The translations under genes were made by a program, and so were the position numbers. Shown here piece by piece: positions 14,076-27,678 of a stretch of DNA of 64,000 bases. The notes under the pieces were generated by a model. It saw only the letters and a program-made list of their open reading frames with translations. It did no database searches and was not told the DNA's origin. Positions within the stretch are counted from its first letter, which is position 1; each line of letters starts with the position of its first letter. The DNA is taken from the NCBI GenBank assembly GCA_951406725.2, contig OX597822.1, positions 107,322,001 through 107,386,000 on the forward strand, read 5' to 3'. Source of the stretch: Octopus vulgaris. Lineage: Eukaryota.

Positions 14076-14387
14076 ATAATTAATGAGTCCCGAGATATTC
14101 GAACGTAAATATACTAATCACTGTTTTATTTCGTCATTAGAGAACATCTTCTCCTTTCAGACAACGTGTATTCATAACACATTTGAGTCATTATGGTAAA
14201 AGGACTTTGAGACATTGCAGTGTATCAACCTACTTATACCTCATCAATCAAAACAACCACCCTATTGATGAACTTAAGAATTTTGGCCTTGTTTATAGAA
14301 ATCAGCGAAGTATTTGCTAACGTTTGGCAAACAGATAATAAGCTGTCAAGTGCCAAAATCAAAGCAATGAATCCAGTTATGAAGATA

Positions 14388-14935
14388 TTGGGTTGTCCGG
14401 AAAGTTCGTGCCAATTTATAATTGCTTATCTTTCGACTAATTTTAGAACATGGTTGAGTCCATAAAATAGGATTTGACTACGCCTCCATTTAGAGCACAG
14501 TTTAAGCTATATTTTTGTGGAAGAAGATTTATGTTCCTATAACCTGTGTTAATTCTGTAACCCTTTAAAATGGAAGATAAGAAAGTTCATTTTCGGCACT
14601 TGATGCTCTGGGAACCAGACAAAAATTGCTGCAGCTACCCTCCATATTCACCAGATATTGCTCCTTCGGATTTCCACTTATTCAGGTCTCTGCAGAATAG
14701 TCTTAATGGCAAAAATTTCAATTCCTTGGATGACGTAAAAAGATACCTTGATGAATTCTTTACAATGAAACCACCTCAATTCTGGGAAGAGGGTATTTTA
14801 AAGTTAAAGGAAATATGATGGAGACGTATTTTGCAACAAAATGATTCATTTTTGGTTGATTAAAAATGTAATGGCAAGTATTTATTGACTCTTTTCTTTC
14901 TTTTAAAAATCGGCACGAACTTCCGGACAACCCAA
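14388..14935 (+). mobile_element. Internally deleted mariner (DD34D) transposon
   Basis: TIRs ttgggttgtccggaaagttcgtgcc / ggcacgaacttccggacaacccaa with TA at left; ORF 14570-14818 fuses the N-terminus MEDKKVHFRHLML to the C-terminal PPYSPDIAPSDFHLFRSL motif. Confidence 0.93.
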
Positions 14936-16029
14936 AATATTGTCTGAAACGATCAGGTCTTCTCCGTGGACAAAACACATCAATTAACCTATTCTTGTTT
15001 GAATTAGTTAGAGAGTATTAATAATGAACATGTACCTACCTACTTTATTTCATTTTAACTGATCACTGGACATAATGAATTTATCATTAAGTAGTTTTTG
15101 CCACCAGTAATATCATGACAAATGTTTACGCCATATTTCAATTTATATTTTCGCTTTATAATTTAGTTTATATTTACCTTATTTCTAACAGGTTTTGTCA
15201 TATATATTCAAATTACAGTATGTATTATTTACACAATATACATATATATATATGTTTATCATATCTTTCAAGCTACTCTAAAAATAATCCAACTGCATAG
15301 TACTGACATAATTTAATGTAATATTACTTCAACGTGGTATTTTAAGATTATTAGTCTCCATATTCTAGCTATCGGCATTTAAATTCTAGTAACCAACATG
15401 AACAAGAAATGCAACAAAAAATGTGTTATAATAAATAAGTAAACTGAAAGCTGTGAAAAGCAGATTTGCTGGGAGCGTTCAGCATAATCTATCGGTAATA
15501 TACATTGAAATAAGGATTCACAAACTCTTTACCAAATTATGTTAAAATCATTGACGAATAGTTTGATTTTTCATTTTGATATAGAAAAAACATAATTTTT
15601 AACTCGATCCGACGAAAGACTGTCGATAATCCTTGCAGTTATCGAACCTACTAAAAATAACAGCGAAATCCCATCTCAATTCAAACTCTTCTATCTCTAA
15701 AATATCACATATTGATATATAATGCCTGAAAACTTGGGACAACTTTGGCTAGAAGACTTTCGTTCATTTGGATACTAGAAACGTACTGAAGAATAAATGA
15801 ATACAATCAACTTTTAGAGGGACGCACAACGGAATACATTATCTCCAATCCACTTAGAATGGAAGGCCATGTAGTCACGAAAAAGATTTCTATTCACAGT
15901 ATAAAAATGACTTAACTAAATACAACGATGAGCTACAACAGTGATTAACATAATGATGTTCAAAGCTGCAGGAATAATTTAGGACTGAATATGTGTGTTA
16001 TCGTTTTGACTCTCGTCATTCAATGCGCC

Positions 16030-16428
16030 TACTCTTTTAATCTTTTACTTGTTTCAGTCATTTGACTGCGGCCATGTTGGAGCACCGCCTTTAGTCGAGC
16101 AAATCGACCCTAGGACTTATTCTTTGTAAGCCTAGTACTTATTCTATCGGTCTGTTTTCCCGAACTGCTAAGTTACGACGACGTAAGCACACCACCATCG
16201 GTTGACAAGCGATGTTGGGGGACAAACACAGATACAAAAACATACATACATACATATAAACATATATACGACGGGTTTCTTTCAGTTTCCGTCTATCAAA
16301 TCCACTCACTAAGCTTTGGTCGGCCCGAGGCTATAGCAGAAGGCACTTGCCCAAGGTGCCACACAGTGGGACTGAACCCGGAACCATGTGGTTCGTAAGC
16401 AAGCTACTTACCACACAGCCAATCCTGT
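16030..16428 (-). mobile_element. SINE family A
   Basis: Near full-length reverse copy. Confidence 0.9.
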
Positions 16429-16721
16429 TGATATGAAGATTTGTTATAGGTCGGCGGGTATCATTAATCAACAGCGAATAGTTTGTTTCCTGAAGTTTAA
16501 ACAAGAGCTCAAAATTCTGGTTAGATTCACAAATTCGTGGTAACTTCGAATAAAGAAATACAATCAAGTCGAAACAGCAAGTATCCAAAGGTGCTAACCA
16601 TAAACAAACATTCGTCTGAATGGAGAAGTTGTTCTCCAAAGACGAAATATAACAACGATTATTATATTAATATTCGAAACCCTCGGAAATTTTATGGCAT
16701 CGTAACTAAATACAGATTTTT

Positions 16722-16924
16722 GCTGAGTGGTATGTAGCTTGCTTACCAACCACATGGTTCCGAGTTCAGTCCCACTGCGTGGCACCTTGGGCGAGTGTCT
16801 TCTACTATAGCCTCGGGCCAATCAAAGCCTTGTGAGTGGATTTGGTAGACAGAAGCTGAAAGGAGACCGGCGTATATATATATATATATGTATATATGTA
16901 TATATGTATATATGTATATATGTA

Positions 16925-17019
<95 letters not shown>

Positions 17020-17221
17020 TTGTGTGCCTGTGTTTGTCCCCCCAACATCGCTTGACAACCGATGCTGGTGTGTTTACGTCCCCGTAACTTAGCGGTTCGG
17101 CAAAAGAGACCGATAGAATAAGTACTAGGCTTACAAAGAATAAGTCCTGAGGTCGCTTTGCTCGACTAAAGATGGTGATCCAGCATGGACTCAGTCAAAT
17201 AACTGAAATATGTAAAAGAGT
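16722..17221 (+). mobile_element. SINE family A
   Basis: Near full-length copy with an expanded internal (TA)n(TG)n. Confidence 0.9.
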
Positions 17222-17527
17222 ACACCTTCCTTCTTGGGGGTATTGTAGCAGTGATTATTCGTAATTCTGCTGCTGCATACATACGCTTCTCCCCAACCAT
17301 CCTTGTGTTTATTTCTAAACTGGAGTTGAACTCTGCACTACAATTAGTGTTTCCTAGAGTTTAGCAATTACGTACTTTAATAATGGCTCCACAGCAACTT
17401 GCAATGCGAACCTAATTCTATCTAAGATGTATATTTGAACCTGCACCATGAACTTGTGTTGCTGTTATATAAAACAGGATCCACCGGACATTCAGTTAAT
17501 GCTTTTAATATTATATCGATCTCATAA

Positions 17528-17918
17528 GTGGAGGCGCAATGGCCCAGTGGTTAGGGCAGCGGACTCGCGGTCATAGGATCGCGGTTTCGATTCCCAGACC
17601 GGGCGTTGTGAGTGTTTATTGAGCGAAAACACCTAAAAAAAGCTCCACGAGGCTCCGGCAGGGGGCCGTGGTGATCCCTGCTGTACTCTTTAACTACAAC
17701 TTTATCTCACTCTTACTTCCTGTTTCTGTTGTACATGTATTTCAAGGGGCCGTCCTTGTCACTCTCTGTGTCACGCTGAATATCCCCGAGAACTACGTTA
17801 AGGGTTCACGTGTCTGTGGAGTGCTCAGCCACTTACACGTTAATTTCACGAGCTGGCTGTTCCGTTGATTCGGATCAACCGGAACCCTCATCGTCGTAAC
17901 CGACGGAGTGCTTCCATC
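17528..17918 (+). mobile_element. SINE family C (tRNA-Arg(TCG)-like head), young
   Basis: gtggaggcgcaatggcccagtggttagggcagcggactcgcggtc...ggtttcgattccc; 13-bp TSD atatcgatctcat at 17513-17525 and 17919-17931. Confidence 0.93.
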
Positions 17919-18902
17919 ATATCGATCTCATCATCAGCGGCTTCTTTAATTTCAGGTGTTAATTTTAATTTACTACAAGGACACCTTTGTATTATTTGCG
18001 TTACATTCTTTGTGAATACAAAATGCATTTGTGCTTGGAGATATGATGTATGTTAGGAAAATATTTTATTAGTAAACGATTGTTCAGGAATCTCTTGAAA
18101 TTTACGTGGGAGTGTGGTTTTTATATCCCCAGATCAGGAATGATCGATGAGATTTGTTTGGAAATGTGTTGAATATAATGTTAACTTTTGCAAAAATATT
18201 TGTGTTTCTGTATGATTACAAACATGATTTTTTATGCATTCGCATGAATTCTATAGAATAGATAATTCAAAAACAGTGTAAATAGAATATAAAGTGTTTT
18301 ACAGAGATTCATAGAATAACACTGGTAACACTCTACAAAATATAAGTATTAAAAATAATCTCATTCCAGCAATCCAAGAACCTGTTAAATCGCGAACGAA
18401 TGTTAATATTATTTATAAATTCGTTTGCAAACATGCAACTTGGAAACTTTACTGCTTCTAGTTTTATATGACCATGCTTACTATGAATCTGCATCAAAAT
18501 GTAATTACAAAGCATAACATGACATTGACATGACTCTGTTGTTGCTTCGAGGGATGCAGAGTCATCAAAACACAGCTGCACACATTCGTAATCCCATGGA
18601 AACTGGTCTGTTGGGTTGATCGATAGTCTGAAAGATGAATATCATTTTGGTGGGTATGGTTTTTCAGAGCCAATTAGTCTCGTCATACAAACATGTATTA
18701 GTCTGGTGCGTGGGAGTTGCCATCTCTTAAATAAGCAGATGTTGAGCTGAAGGGCTTTATCTGCTTTGAGACCATTGGAATGCCTGAGGGTGATCTTACA
18801 GAAGCGGTTCCGTGACATGCAAAGTAATCCATGCTAGGGTCCTGGCAAGTGCTATTATTTCAGGTCAGAGTGGACTTCAGAGTCATAGTGACTAAGAGGT
18901 GG

Positions 18903-19147
18903 CTTAGATTCGTTTTCGAGTCATGTTGACTTATAAGGTCCTGGTTTCCAAGGTGTATATATTTCTCACTTGTACATGACGCCGGTTTGTATCAGGATGG
19001 CTCAGTTTTGCCTGCTGAGAAGACAGGAGCAACGTGAAATGAAGTATCTTGCTCAAGAACACAACGCGTCGCCGGTCCAGGAATCGAAACCACACTCTTA
19101 CGATCATGAGTTCCACACCCTAACCACTAATCCACGCGCTTCCACAT
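18903..19147 (-). mobile_element. SINE family D (tRNA head plus CORE-like domain)
   Basis: Reverse complement reads tgtggaagcgcgtggattagtggttagg...ttgagcaagatacttcatttcacgttgctcc; 8-bp TSD agaggtgg at 18895-18902 and 19148-19155. Confidence 0.85.
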
Positions 19148-19847
19148 AGAGGTGGTTCCACATTCCTCAAAACCTACGAAGTCCCAAACCAGGTCTCCGC
19201 CACTGGATGCAGTTTAGAGTCATAACCACGAAAAATTACATCACACAATACAAAAATAAAAGAACTAGGAGAACACCACACCTAACAAGACATCTGTAGG
19301 TGTATTTAATTCCTTGCAAAATAAAGACAATTAAGGAAAGAATGCGGAGAATAGAGCACAGTGTGGAAATATGACAAACACAGTAAACAATTGTCACAAT
19401 CAGACATAAACACCTGTCTCTTGGCTTGGAAATTTGATTGTTGAAATACCGGGTGCTGTGGTTTCATTAGTGACGTTGGAATTAAGTGGAAGTCACATCG
19501 ACATTAATTCATTTAGAATTTGACACTATGGAAGTCTAGAAATCTTGCTCATGGATTTGGGGACGTTAACGTAAAGACACTACACGGAATATGGAAAATA
19601 TGCATAAAAGCAAGCTACATATAAACATACAAACAGAACATACATTCACTGACACTTCCAGCGATAATGTGCCCTTCGTATAAGCATGTATGGGTGTATG
19701 CTCGTATATGTGTGTATACATTTATGTATATGTAACTCTCACTCTGTTGACCCCAGGGCATATCGTTGGTAAGCCAATACTTGCTGTATCGAACTGCTAA
19801 GTTGCAGGCGCGTAAACAAACCAACATATATTGTCAAGCGACGCGAC

Positions 19848-19961
<114 letters not shown>

Positions 19962-20098
19962 CACGTATGCCAAATCAACTAATAAAGATTTGATCACTTC
20001 GAAGCTATAGAAAGAGACAGTTATCTAAAGTGTCACGCAGTGGGACAGAACGCGGTACTCTGTGTTTGAGAAGTAAGCTTCTTACACGACACAACCAC

Positions 20099-20147
<49 letters not shown>

Positions 20148-20488
20148 CATACATACAGACATGTATGTATGCATGTATGTATGTATGTGTGTGTGTTTGT
20201 ATGCGTGCATGTGTGTGCACATGATATATGATACATGTTGTAAAAATATAAAATTTCTTTTTGGAACTGTGACAATCGGAGCAGATAAAGCTAAAAATAT
20301 AAAACATTTTTATTGTGTAAGAAGTTATAGATTAAACAATCAGACATTAAAATGAAAGATCACGCAATACTTTTAGGAGAGCAGCTTCTGTTTTCATGAT
20401 TAGAAAGAAAACGTTGATAGTGACTGCGAAGTTGTTGTTCTCTTGAGGCAACTGAATAGTCTTATGCCGCCAATTAAGCAATTCTCCT

Positions 20489-20511
20489 GGTTAGTAAGGA
20501 TTTTCCGTGCG

Positions 20512-20558
<47 letters not shown>

Positions 20559-20580
20559 GCACGGAAAATCCTTACTAACC
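20489..20580. repeat. Inverted repeat around (TA)n
   Basis: ggttagtaaggattttccgtgcgta-(TA)n-tacgcacggaaaatccttactaacc. Confidence 0.9.
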
Positions 20581-20585
20581 TGAAA

Positions 20586-20626
<41 letters not shown>

Positions 20627-20850
20627 TATCATTCTTTCATTATTTTTCTGGTTTCAGTCATGTGACTGCGGTCATGTTGGGACAGAACGTTTTAGTCGAA
20701 CAAGTCGACACCCAGCACTTATTTTGTATCGATAATTATTGTATCGGTCTCTTTTGCCGAACTGCTAGGTTACGGGGACGTAAACAAACTAACGCCGTTT
20801 GTCAAGCGGTGATGTGGGGGGCAAACACAGACACAAAGACACGCACACAC

Positions 20851-20891
<41 letters not shown>

Positions 20892-21096
20892 TTGGCGTCC
20901 AGAAGACCCAAAAGACAGGTAAGGCTATGTGACTATGTAAGTGCTACGGAAGGACAGCTGTTAAGCGCCCGGCTCAAAAATAACACGAGTAAGGAGTCTA
21001 AGGCAAGTCATATGTGAGCGTGTATATGTTAAATGGAATAAGATAGCAAGGCCAAGGCAATTTGATAATCCTTGGACATTTATAAACAGAAAAGTG

Positions 21097-21144
21097 GTCT
21101 TACAGCTGTTTCGTGGAAATAATTGATAGCCCATCATCAGAGAC
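21097..21144 (-). ncRNA. Minimal type-I hammerhead ribozyme motif
   Basis: Reverse complement: gtct-CTGATGA-tggg...tccac-GAAA-CAGCTG-TA-agac; stem I gtct/agac, palindromic stem III, GUA site, weak stem II. Confidence 0.6.
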
Positions 21145-21398
21145 GAGTTAAAAGAGCTTCAATAGAAGAAATGAGAACAGATACTTTTTTAGAAGTTATT
21201 CTGGAGAGGCTAGGGGCATACAAGAGATTAGAGGTAATGCAGAAAGTATAAAAAGAAAATATTAAATAAAGCTTAATGTTGGGTTTTAATGTTGCAGTTC
21301 AGTTTATCCGGATAATGGAATAGCAACTTTAGCACCCAACGTGAATTTTTATCTTCATATTTTCCTTTTATACTTTCTGCACTATATCTAATTTCTTA

Positions 21399-21610
21399 AG
21401 GCGGCGAACTGGCAGAAACGTTAGCACGCCGGGCGAAATACTTAGTATTTCGTCTGTCTTTATATTCGGAGTTCAAATTCAACCGAGGTCGACTTTGCCT
21501 TTCATCATTTCGGGGTCGATAAATTGAGTATCAGTTGCGCATTGGGGTCGATCTTATCGAATGGCCCACTCCCCACAAATTTTGGCTTTGTGCCTACAGT
21601 AGAAAATATT
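21399..21610 (+). mobile_element. SINE family B, short-tail variant
   Basis: Typical head and core; taatttct repeated on both sides. Confidence 0.88.
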
Positions 21611-21698
21611 ATATGTAATTTCTAGTATTTCCCTCCAGAATAATTTATTCTAAAAAATTGAACCCTACCAATTCCTTCTATTGAGGCTCTTTTAACTC

Positions 21699-21746
21699 GT
21701 CTCTGATGATGGGGTATCATTTACTTTCCTGAAACGGTTGTAAGGC
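21699..21746 (+). ncRNA. Minimal hammerhead motif, mirror copy
   Basis: gtct-CTGATGA-tgggg...ttcct-GAAA-CGGTTG-TA-aggc. Confidence 0.55.
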
Positions 21747-22171
21747 CACCTTTCTCTTTATAAATGTCCTACGAATATCAAATTGCTTAGCTTTTTCTTA
21801 GTTTATTTAACACACGCACTCAAACATACACACACACATTCTCTCTCACACATACACAGACATATATAGACATATATAGACTCACAAGGTTTCGATCGGC
21901 CCGAGACTATAGTAGAAGATACTTGCACAATGTGCCACGCAGTAGAACTGAGAATCAATCATATGGTTGGGATGCAAGCTTCTTACTACGCAGCAACGCC
22001 TGGTGTCCATATATAAATATATTTATAGACTATGTGGGTAATATTATTTGTAAACTCAGCAAATGACTGGTCTCGAACTCAGATATAATTCTATATAGGT
22101 GAAATACATGTATGTATGTACCTATGTATATATGTATGTATGTGTAAGTATGTAGGTAGGTAGGTATGTTT

Positions 22172-22412
22172 AAAGACAGCGAGCTGGCAGAACCGTTAGC
22201 ACGCCGGGCGAAATGCGTAACCGTATTTCGTCTGCCGTTACGTTCTGAGTTCAACTTCCGCCGAGGTCGACTTTGCCTTTCATCCTTTCGGGGTCGATAA
22301 ATTAAGTACCAGTTACGCACTGGCGGTCGATGTAATCGACTTAATCCGTTTTGTCTATCCTTGTTTGTCTCCCCTCTGTGTTTAACCCCTTGTGGGTAGT
22401 AGTAAAGAAATA
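22172..22412 (+). mobile_element. SINE family B, long tail
   Basis: Full unit; taggtatgt on both flanks. Confidence 0.9.
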
Positions 22413-22862
22413 GGTATGTATGTTTACCAGTAAACCATTGCATGTTTAATGTGTGTTTTTTTTCTAAATACGAATGAGAGAACTGAACGACAACGGATTT
22501 AAAGAGCAGCAAAAGCAGAGCAGCCGAAGCTGCTACAACTGTTGAGAGATACGGGAAAACACCCCTGTTGCAGCTGTGTAATGGTAGCGATATTAACGAT
22601 GTCGGAAGATACTAAAACGTGCAGCAGGATTATGGAATAGTGGTCGCGGTGGGGTGGTGGGGGGTGGATGGTGGAATTAACATTAGTGAAGGTATTGATT
22701 GCGTTGAATAACAACGCTTCAACACCACAACACTACGACACGCAATAGAGTTCCGATAATAATTAAGTAGGATTTTGATAAGTCAGGTAAAATTATGCTA
22801 TACGTTGAAACTGATATCATGTGTGTATATGTGTGTGTATATATATATAGGCATATTTGTAT

Positions 22863-22934
<72 letters not shown>

Positions 22935-23068
22935 GTATAGTATAATACATATATACATTCATGCATATTTGCACCAAAAAAAAAATTATTAGACAATCAA
23001 AAGGACATGCGGACAACCATATATATGTATATACATGTATATATGTGTGTAGGTATATATAAATTATA

Positions 23069-23102
<34 letters not shown>

Positions 23103-23180
23103 CATATATACATATATATGTGTGTGTGTGAGTGTGAGTGTTAGTGTGTGTGTGTGTATGTGCGTGCGTGTGTGTGTGTC

Positions 23181-23211
<31 letters not shown>

Positions 23212-23220
23212 ATGTATGTA

Positions 23221-23296
<76 letters not shown>

Positions 23297-23760
23297 TGTG
23301 TGTATCAGAGGGAAAAAAATTGTGTGAAAATAAAGACAGACAGTGGGAAGGAGAAAAAGAAGCGGTGACTGGGAGAGAAAGAACGAGAGAGAGACAGAGA
23401 AAGAAAGAGATATACAGACAGACAGAGAGATGGAGGGAGCGAGAGAGAGAGAGACACACACACAAACACACACATACGAAGAGAGGCGAAACTAGAAATT
23501 TCCTGGAGAACGACATCGGAAAATACAACCCAATAAAAGAAGATGCTATGCTGTTGATCGAAGCTATAAACTAGATATGATAAGTGGTAGTTTTACTAGA
23601 GGAGCTCTTCCATTAGTGAAGGTAACATATGGCTGACGACAGTGAAAAGTTAACACATGATCGTCTACATTTTCACACACAAACAAACGTATATACATGC
23701 CACATACATAAAACAATACATACCTATTTGCATATACGTATGTATGTATTATGTATGCAT

Positions 23761-23822
<62 letters not shown>

Positions 23823-23854
23823 GTCTATCTATCGCACGTCTATGTGTCTGAATA

Positions 23855-23930
<76 letters not shown>

Positions 23931-24043
23931 TATACATATTTTCCTTATATTTTCCTTCCGGTCTTTCAAAATGTGACCTCGTGTGTACCGTTGGCGATTT
24001 TTTTTCCTCTGTCTTCTCTTCTCTGGATCTTTCCTTCACCTAT

Positions 24044-24078
24044 GTTTCCGACGAAGAGCTCCGCTCGAAACATTAAAC
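24044..24078 (+). ncRNA. Degenerate minimal hammerhead motif in a Penelope-like remnant (about 23935-24180) between (TA)n tracts
   Basis: gttt-CCGACGA-A-GAGC-tcc-GCTC-GAAA-CATTA-aac. Confidence 0.45.
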
Positions 24079-24173
24079 CCTTCTTCTTTCCTTCCTTCCT
24101 GACCGTCCAATAATACTATATCTGTTCCACGTCCTCGCATTGTTGTTTTTTTTTTGTGCTTTCTTGTTTGGAT

Positions 24174-24219
<46 letters not shown>

Positions 24220-24789
24220 TATAGATATACATATATGCATACACACACATGTACATATACATATATATATGCATGGGTATATATATGCACACACACGTAT
24301 ACATATATACACACACAAATATATATATATATATATATATGTACAAACATTTACATGGACACAGATATATATAGATAGACAAATACTATTGGAATTGGGG
24401 AAACGGTATACATACTTATCCTTATAGATATGCATATATAAATACATATATACGTGTGTGCGTGATTGCGTGTGCATCAGTTAACATAATCCATCAAAAA
24501 TCTCTTTAAAAATTTTACCTTATTATCTTTTACTTGTTTCGTTTGGCTGTGGCCCTGAGGTGATTACCATGAGGGATTTTAGTCGGAAAAACACCCCGCA
24601 GTACATTTTTATTCTTTAAATAAGGTACTTTTTCTATTGGTTCCCTTTTGCAGAACCACTCAGTTACGGGAACTTAAACAAATCAACATCGGTTGTCGAA
24701 GCTGTGGGCGGGCAAGCAGCACAAGCACACACACACACAACCCTACCGCACACGTATGATGAACTCTCCGGTCGTCACACGACGTATGA

Positions 24790-25057
24790 GAGGTCGACAA
24801 TTTCGTACCGAACAACCACACAGATGATTTGTTTATAGCGATCAAATGTTTGTATACACATAAGCACACTCCCTCCATCAAATCGACATTACTGGTACAG
24901 CTGCAAAGGGTGCCACATGTCAGATGAGAAAATGATCGGAGAGCAACGTGAAATGAAGCACTTTGCTCAAGAACACAATGCCACGCCCGGTCTGGGAACC
25001 GTACCCACAGTCTCGCAATTGTCAGTGCAACACCTTAGCCATTGAGCTATGCGCCTT
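24790..25057 (-). mobile_element. CORE-like SINE (family D-related), diverged
   Basis: gagcaacgtgaaatgaagcactttgctcaagaacacaa shared with the 18903 copy; related copy at 62013-62260 (+). Confidence 0.75.
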
Positions 25058-25082
25058 AACACACACACATATGTGTACAGTC

Positions 25083-25207
<125 letters not shown>

Positions 25208-25667
25208 TTTGTTAGCAGAAAAAATGGCTACAGAAAACTCAAAATATGACTATGCATGTATTTGTATGTATGTATGTATGTATGTATGTATGTATGTATG
25301 TATGTATGTATGTATGTATGTATGTATCTATGTATGTATGTGTGTTTGTATGTATGTTTGTTTGTATGTATGTGTGTGAGGGCGCATGGCTCAGTTATGA
25401 GGGTGCTGCATTCACGATCTAGTGATCGTGAGTTCAATTCCTAAACGAATTATTTGCGCAAGTCTTTCGGCAAAGACTGAACGCTTATAGATCGTCTTCG
25501 ACGGGAGATCCATCATATATGTATTTTTAAGGTAGAAGTTACAAACATTTGAGAAGTGCACAAAACTATATAATTTCTGTCGTTTAAATAGGTTTCAGTA
25601 TGTGTGTGTGCGTTTTTGTGTGTGAGTGTGTGTGCATACATGTGTGTGTATATATATATATATATAT

Positions 25668-25867
25668 ATTATTCTTTTATTCTTTTATTGTTTCAGTCAT
25701 TTGACTGCGGCCATCCTGGAGCACCCTCTTTAGTCGAGCGAATCGACCCGAGAATTTATTTTTTTAAGACTAGTACTTATTCTATCGGTTTCTTTGGACG
25801 AACCGCTAATTTACGCATGTAAACACCCCAGCATCGGTTGTCAAGCGATGTTGGGGGCCGAACACTG

Positions 25868-25900
<33 letters not shown>

Positions 25901-25940
25901 TATACGACGGGCTTGGTCGACCCGAGGCTATAGTAGATAT
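25668..25940 (-). mobile_element. SINE family A, partial
   Basis: 3' body plus a deleted head. Confidence 0.8.
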
Positions 25941-26906
25941 CCCTTTCCCAATGTGGCTGGTAAATACATACATACATACATACATACATACATACATACA
26001 TACACAACACGCATATATATGTTTATATATATATATATAGAGAGAGAGAGAAAAACCTACACCATCATGCACACACATACGACGGTCTTGTCGTCCCCAT
26101 AGCATGCCTGTCTTTGGGACCACTTCACATTTTTCCTGATAATTTTTTCACATTTTTTCATTTTGAGATTTCTGTAGGTACCCGTCTCCCAAAGGTCTAA
26201 TAAAACTTCAGTACACATAAAAATTCTGTTCCAGTACTTCTTTTGACTCGCTGATACTTGTTAGTACTCTCTTGTACACAGTACATTGGTGCCTGTTATT
26301 CTCAATGATTTCATCGGTCTTTATCAAAGCTTGATGTTTTTAAAACTTTTAGTTTTACGATCACCATGTCCTCAATTAAGTCAACTCCGTAGGAACCGCT
26401 TTAGTCATCAACTATTCGATCATGATGATGTGAAGGTAACGGTTGTATACGACATAATAATCTGCACGGATGATTCATTTATAGTGATCAAATGTTTGTG
26501 CTGTACTCTAGTTCACCCTCTCCATCAAAAATATGTATTGCCTTCTACGGATGGCCGGTGTGTCACACGTCAGATATCGAAGTGATCATAGAACGCATTT
26601 TCTACTGGAGAGGGAAGCATCCATATGATTAATCCCGAAATTGATTCGATATAGAAGTAACGAACTTTAAAAACAATTCTGTTGGCTAGCTCTCCTTGAT
26701 TTCAGCACAACGTGTATTTATAGTGAATGTATAATGAAATGTGGAAATTGACGATTTAAAGTGTATTATCATCGTATTGGCATAGAAATAACTTTTCTTT
26801 TGCTCTTGTTTATAAGTTGTTTATAATTTCAACCTTTAAAGGTATTTTAATATGCTGTCACTTTTGATGAAATTTTTTCTGAAAAATTGTTTATCCTATA
26901 TTAGTA

Positions 26907-27010
<104 letters not shown>

Positions 27011-27094
27011 TGGGTGTGTATGTTTGTGTATATACGAGCTAACTTCCTTCAACGAACTTAGGAAACTTTAAGCTCTGTGTGGCCGGAACTGTTT

Positions 27095-27161
<67 letters not shown>

Positions 27162-27173
27162 AAACAATAATAG

Positions 27174-27207
<34 letters not shown>

Positions 27208-27605
27208 TATAATATTCGTCTTACCACCATTAGGTTGAGAAAGTGCTTCTGTAATTTTTTTTGAAAAACAAGTGATTCGTGGTTGACAAATTTTTTGGAC
27301 ATCACTGGCTTCCGATGCATTCCATGTAGGTAAATGTCAAAGGCGATAACTTATTGTGCAGACACACAAATGTATGCCACATCTGACAGAGGACAAAGCC
27401 ACAATGAACCGGAACTAATATGGTCTCGCAGTGGCTTTTAGTCTTACGACTGAGGACCTTAGTCTTCCAATTAAAACTAACTGCATTGCGGACACTCATA
27501 TCCACTGTTGTATGATCCTGACAATGCGGTCATTTAAAAGTAAGACTATGAATTAAGACGTATATAAGTGTATGTGTCTGTGTGTGTGTGTTTGTGTAAC
27601 TCCAA

Positions 27606-27678
<73 letters not shown>

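Larger units (their letters stand above)
21014..21822. mobile_element. Large fold-back element (about 290-bp arms) with two hammerhead motifs, interrupted by a SINE B
   Basis: Diverged reverse-complement arms centred on ttatccggataa (21304-21315). Confidence 0.85.

Noticed and set aside
17528-17600. tRNA-Arg(TCG)-like sequence
   Set aside because: It is the head of a SINE with body, tail and TSD; there is no proper acceptor stem
23629-23976. ORF beginning MADDSEKLTHDRLHF
   Set aside because: Runs straight into microsatellite with no clear donor site
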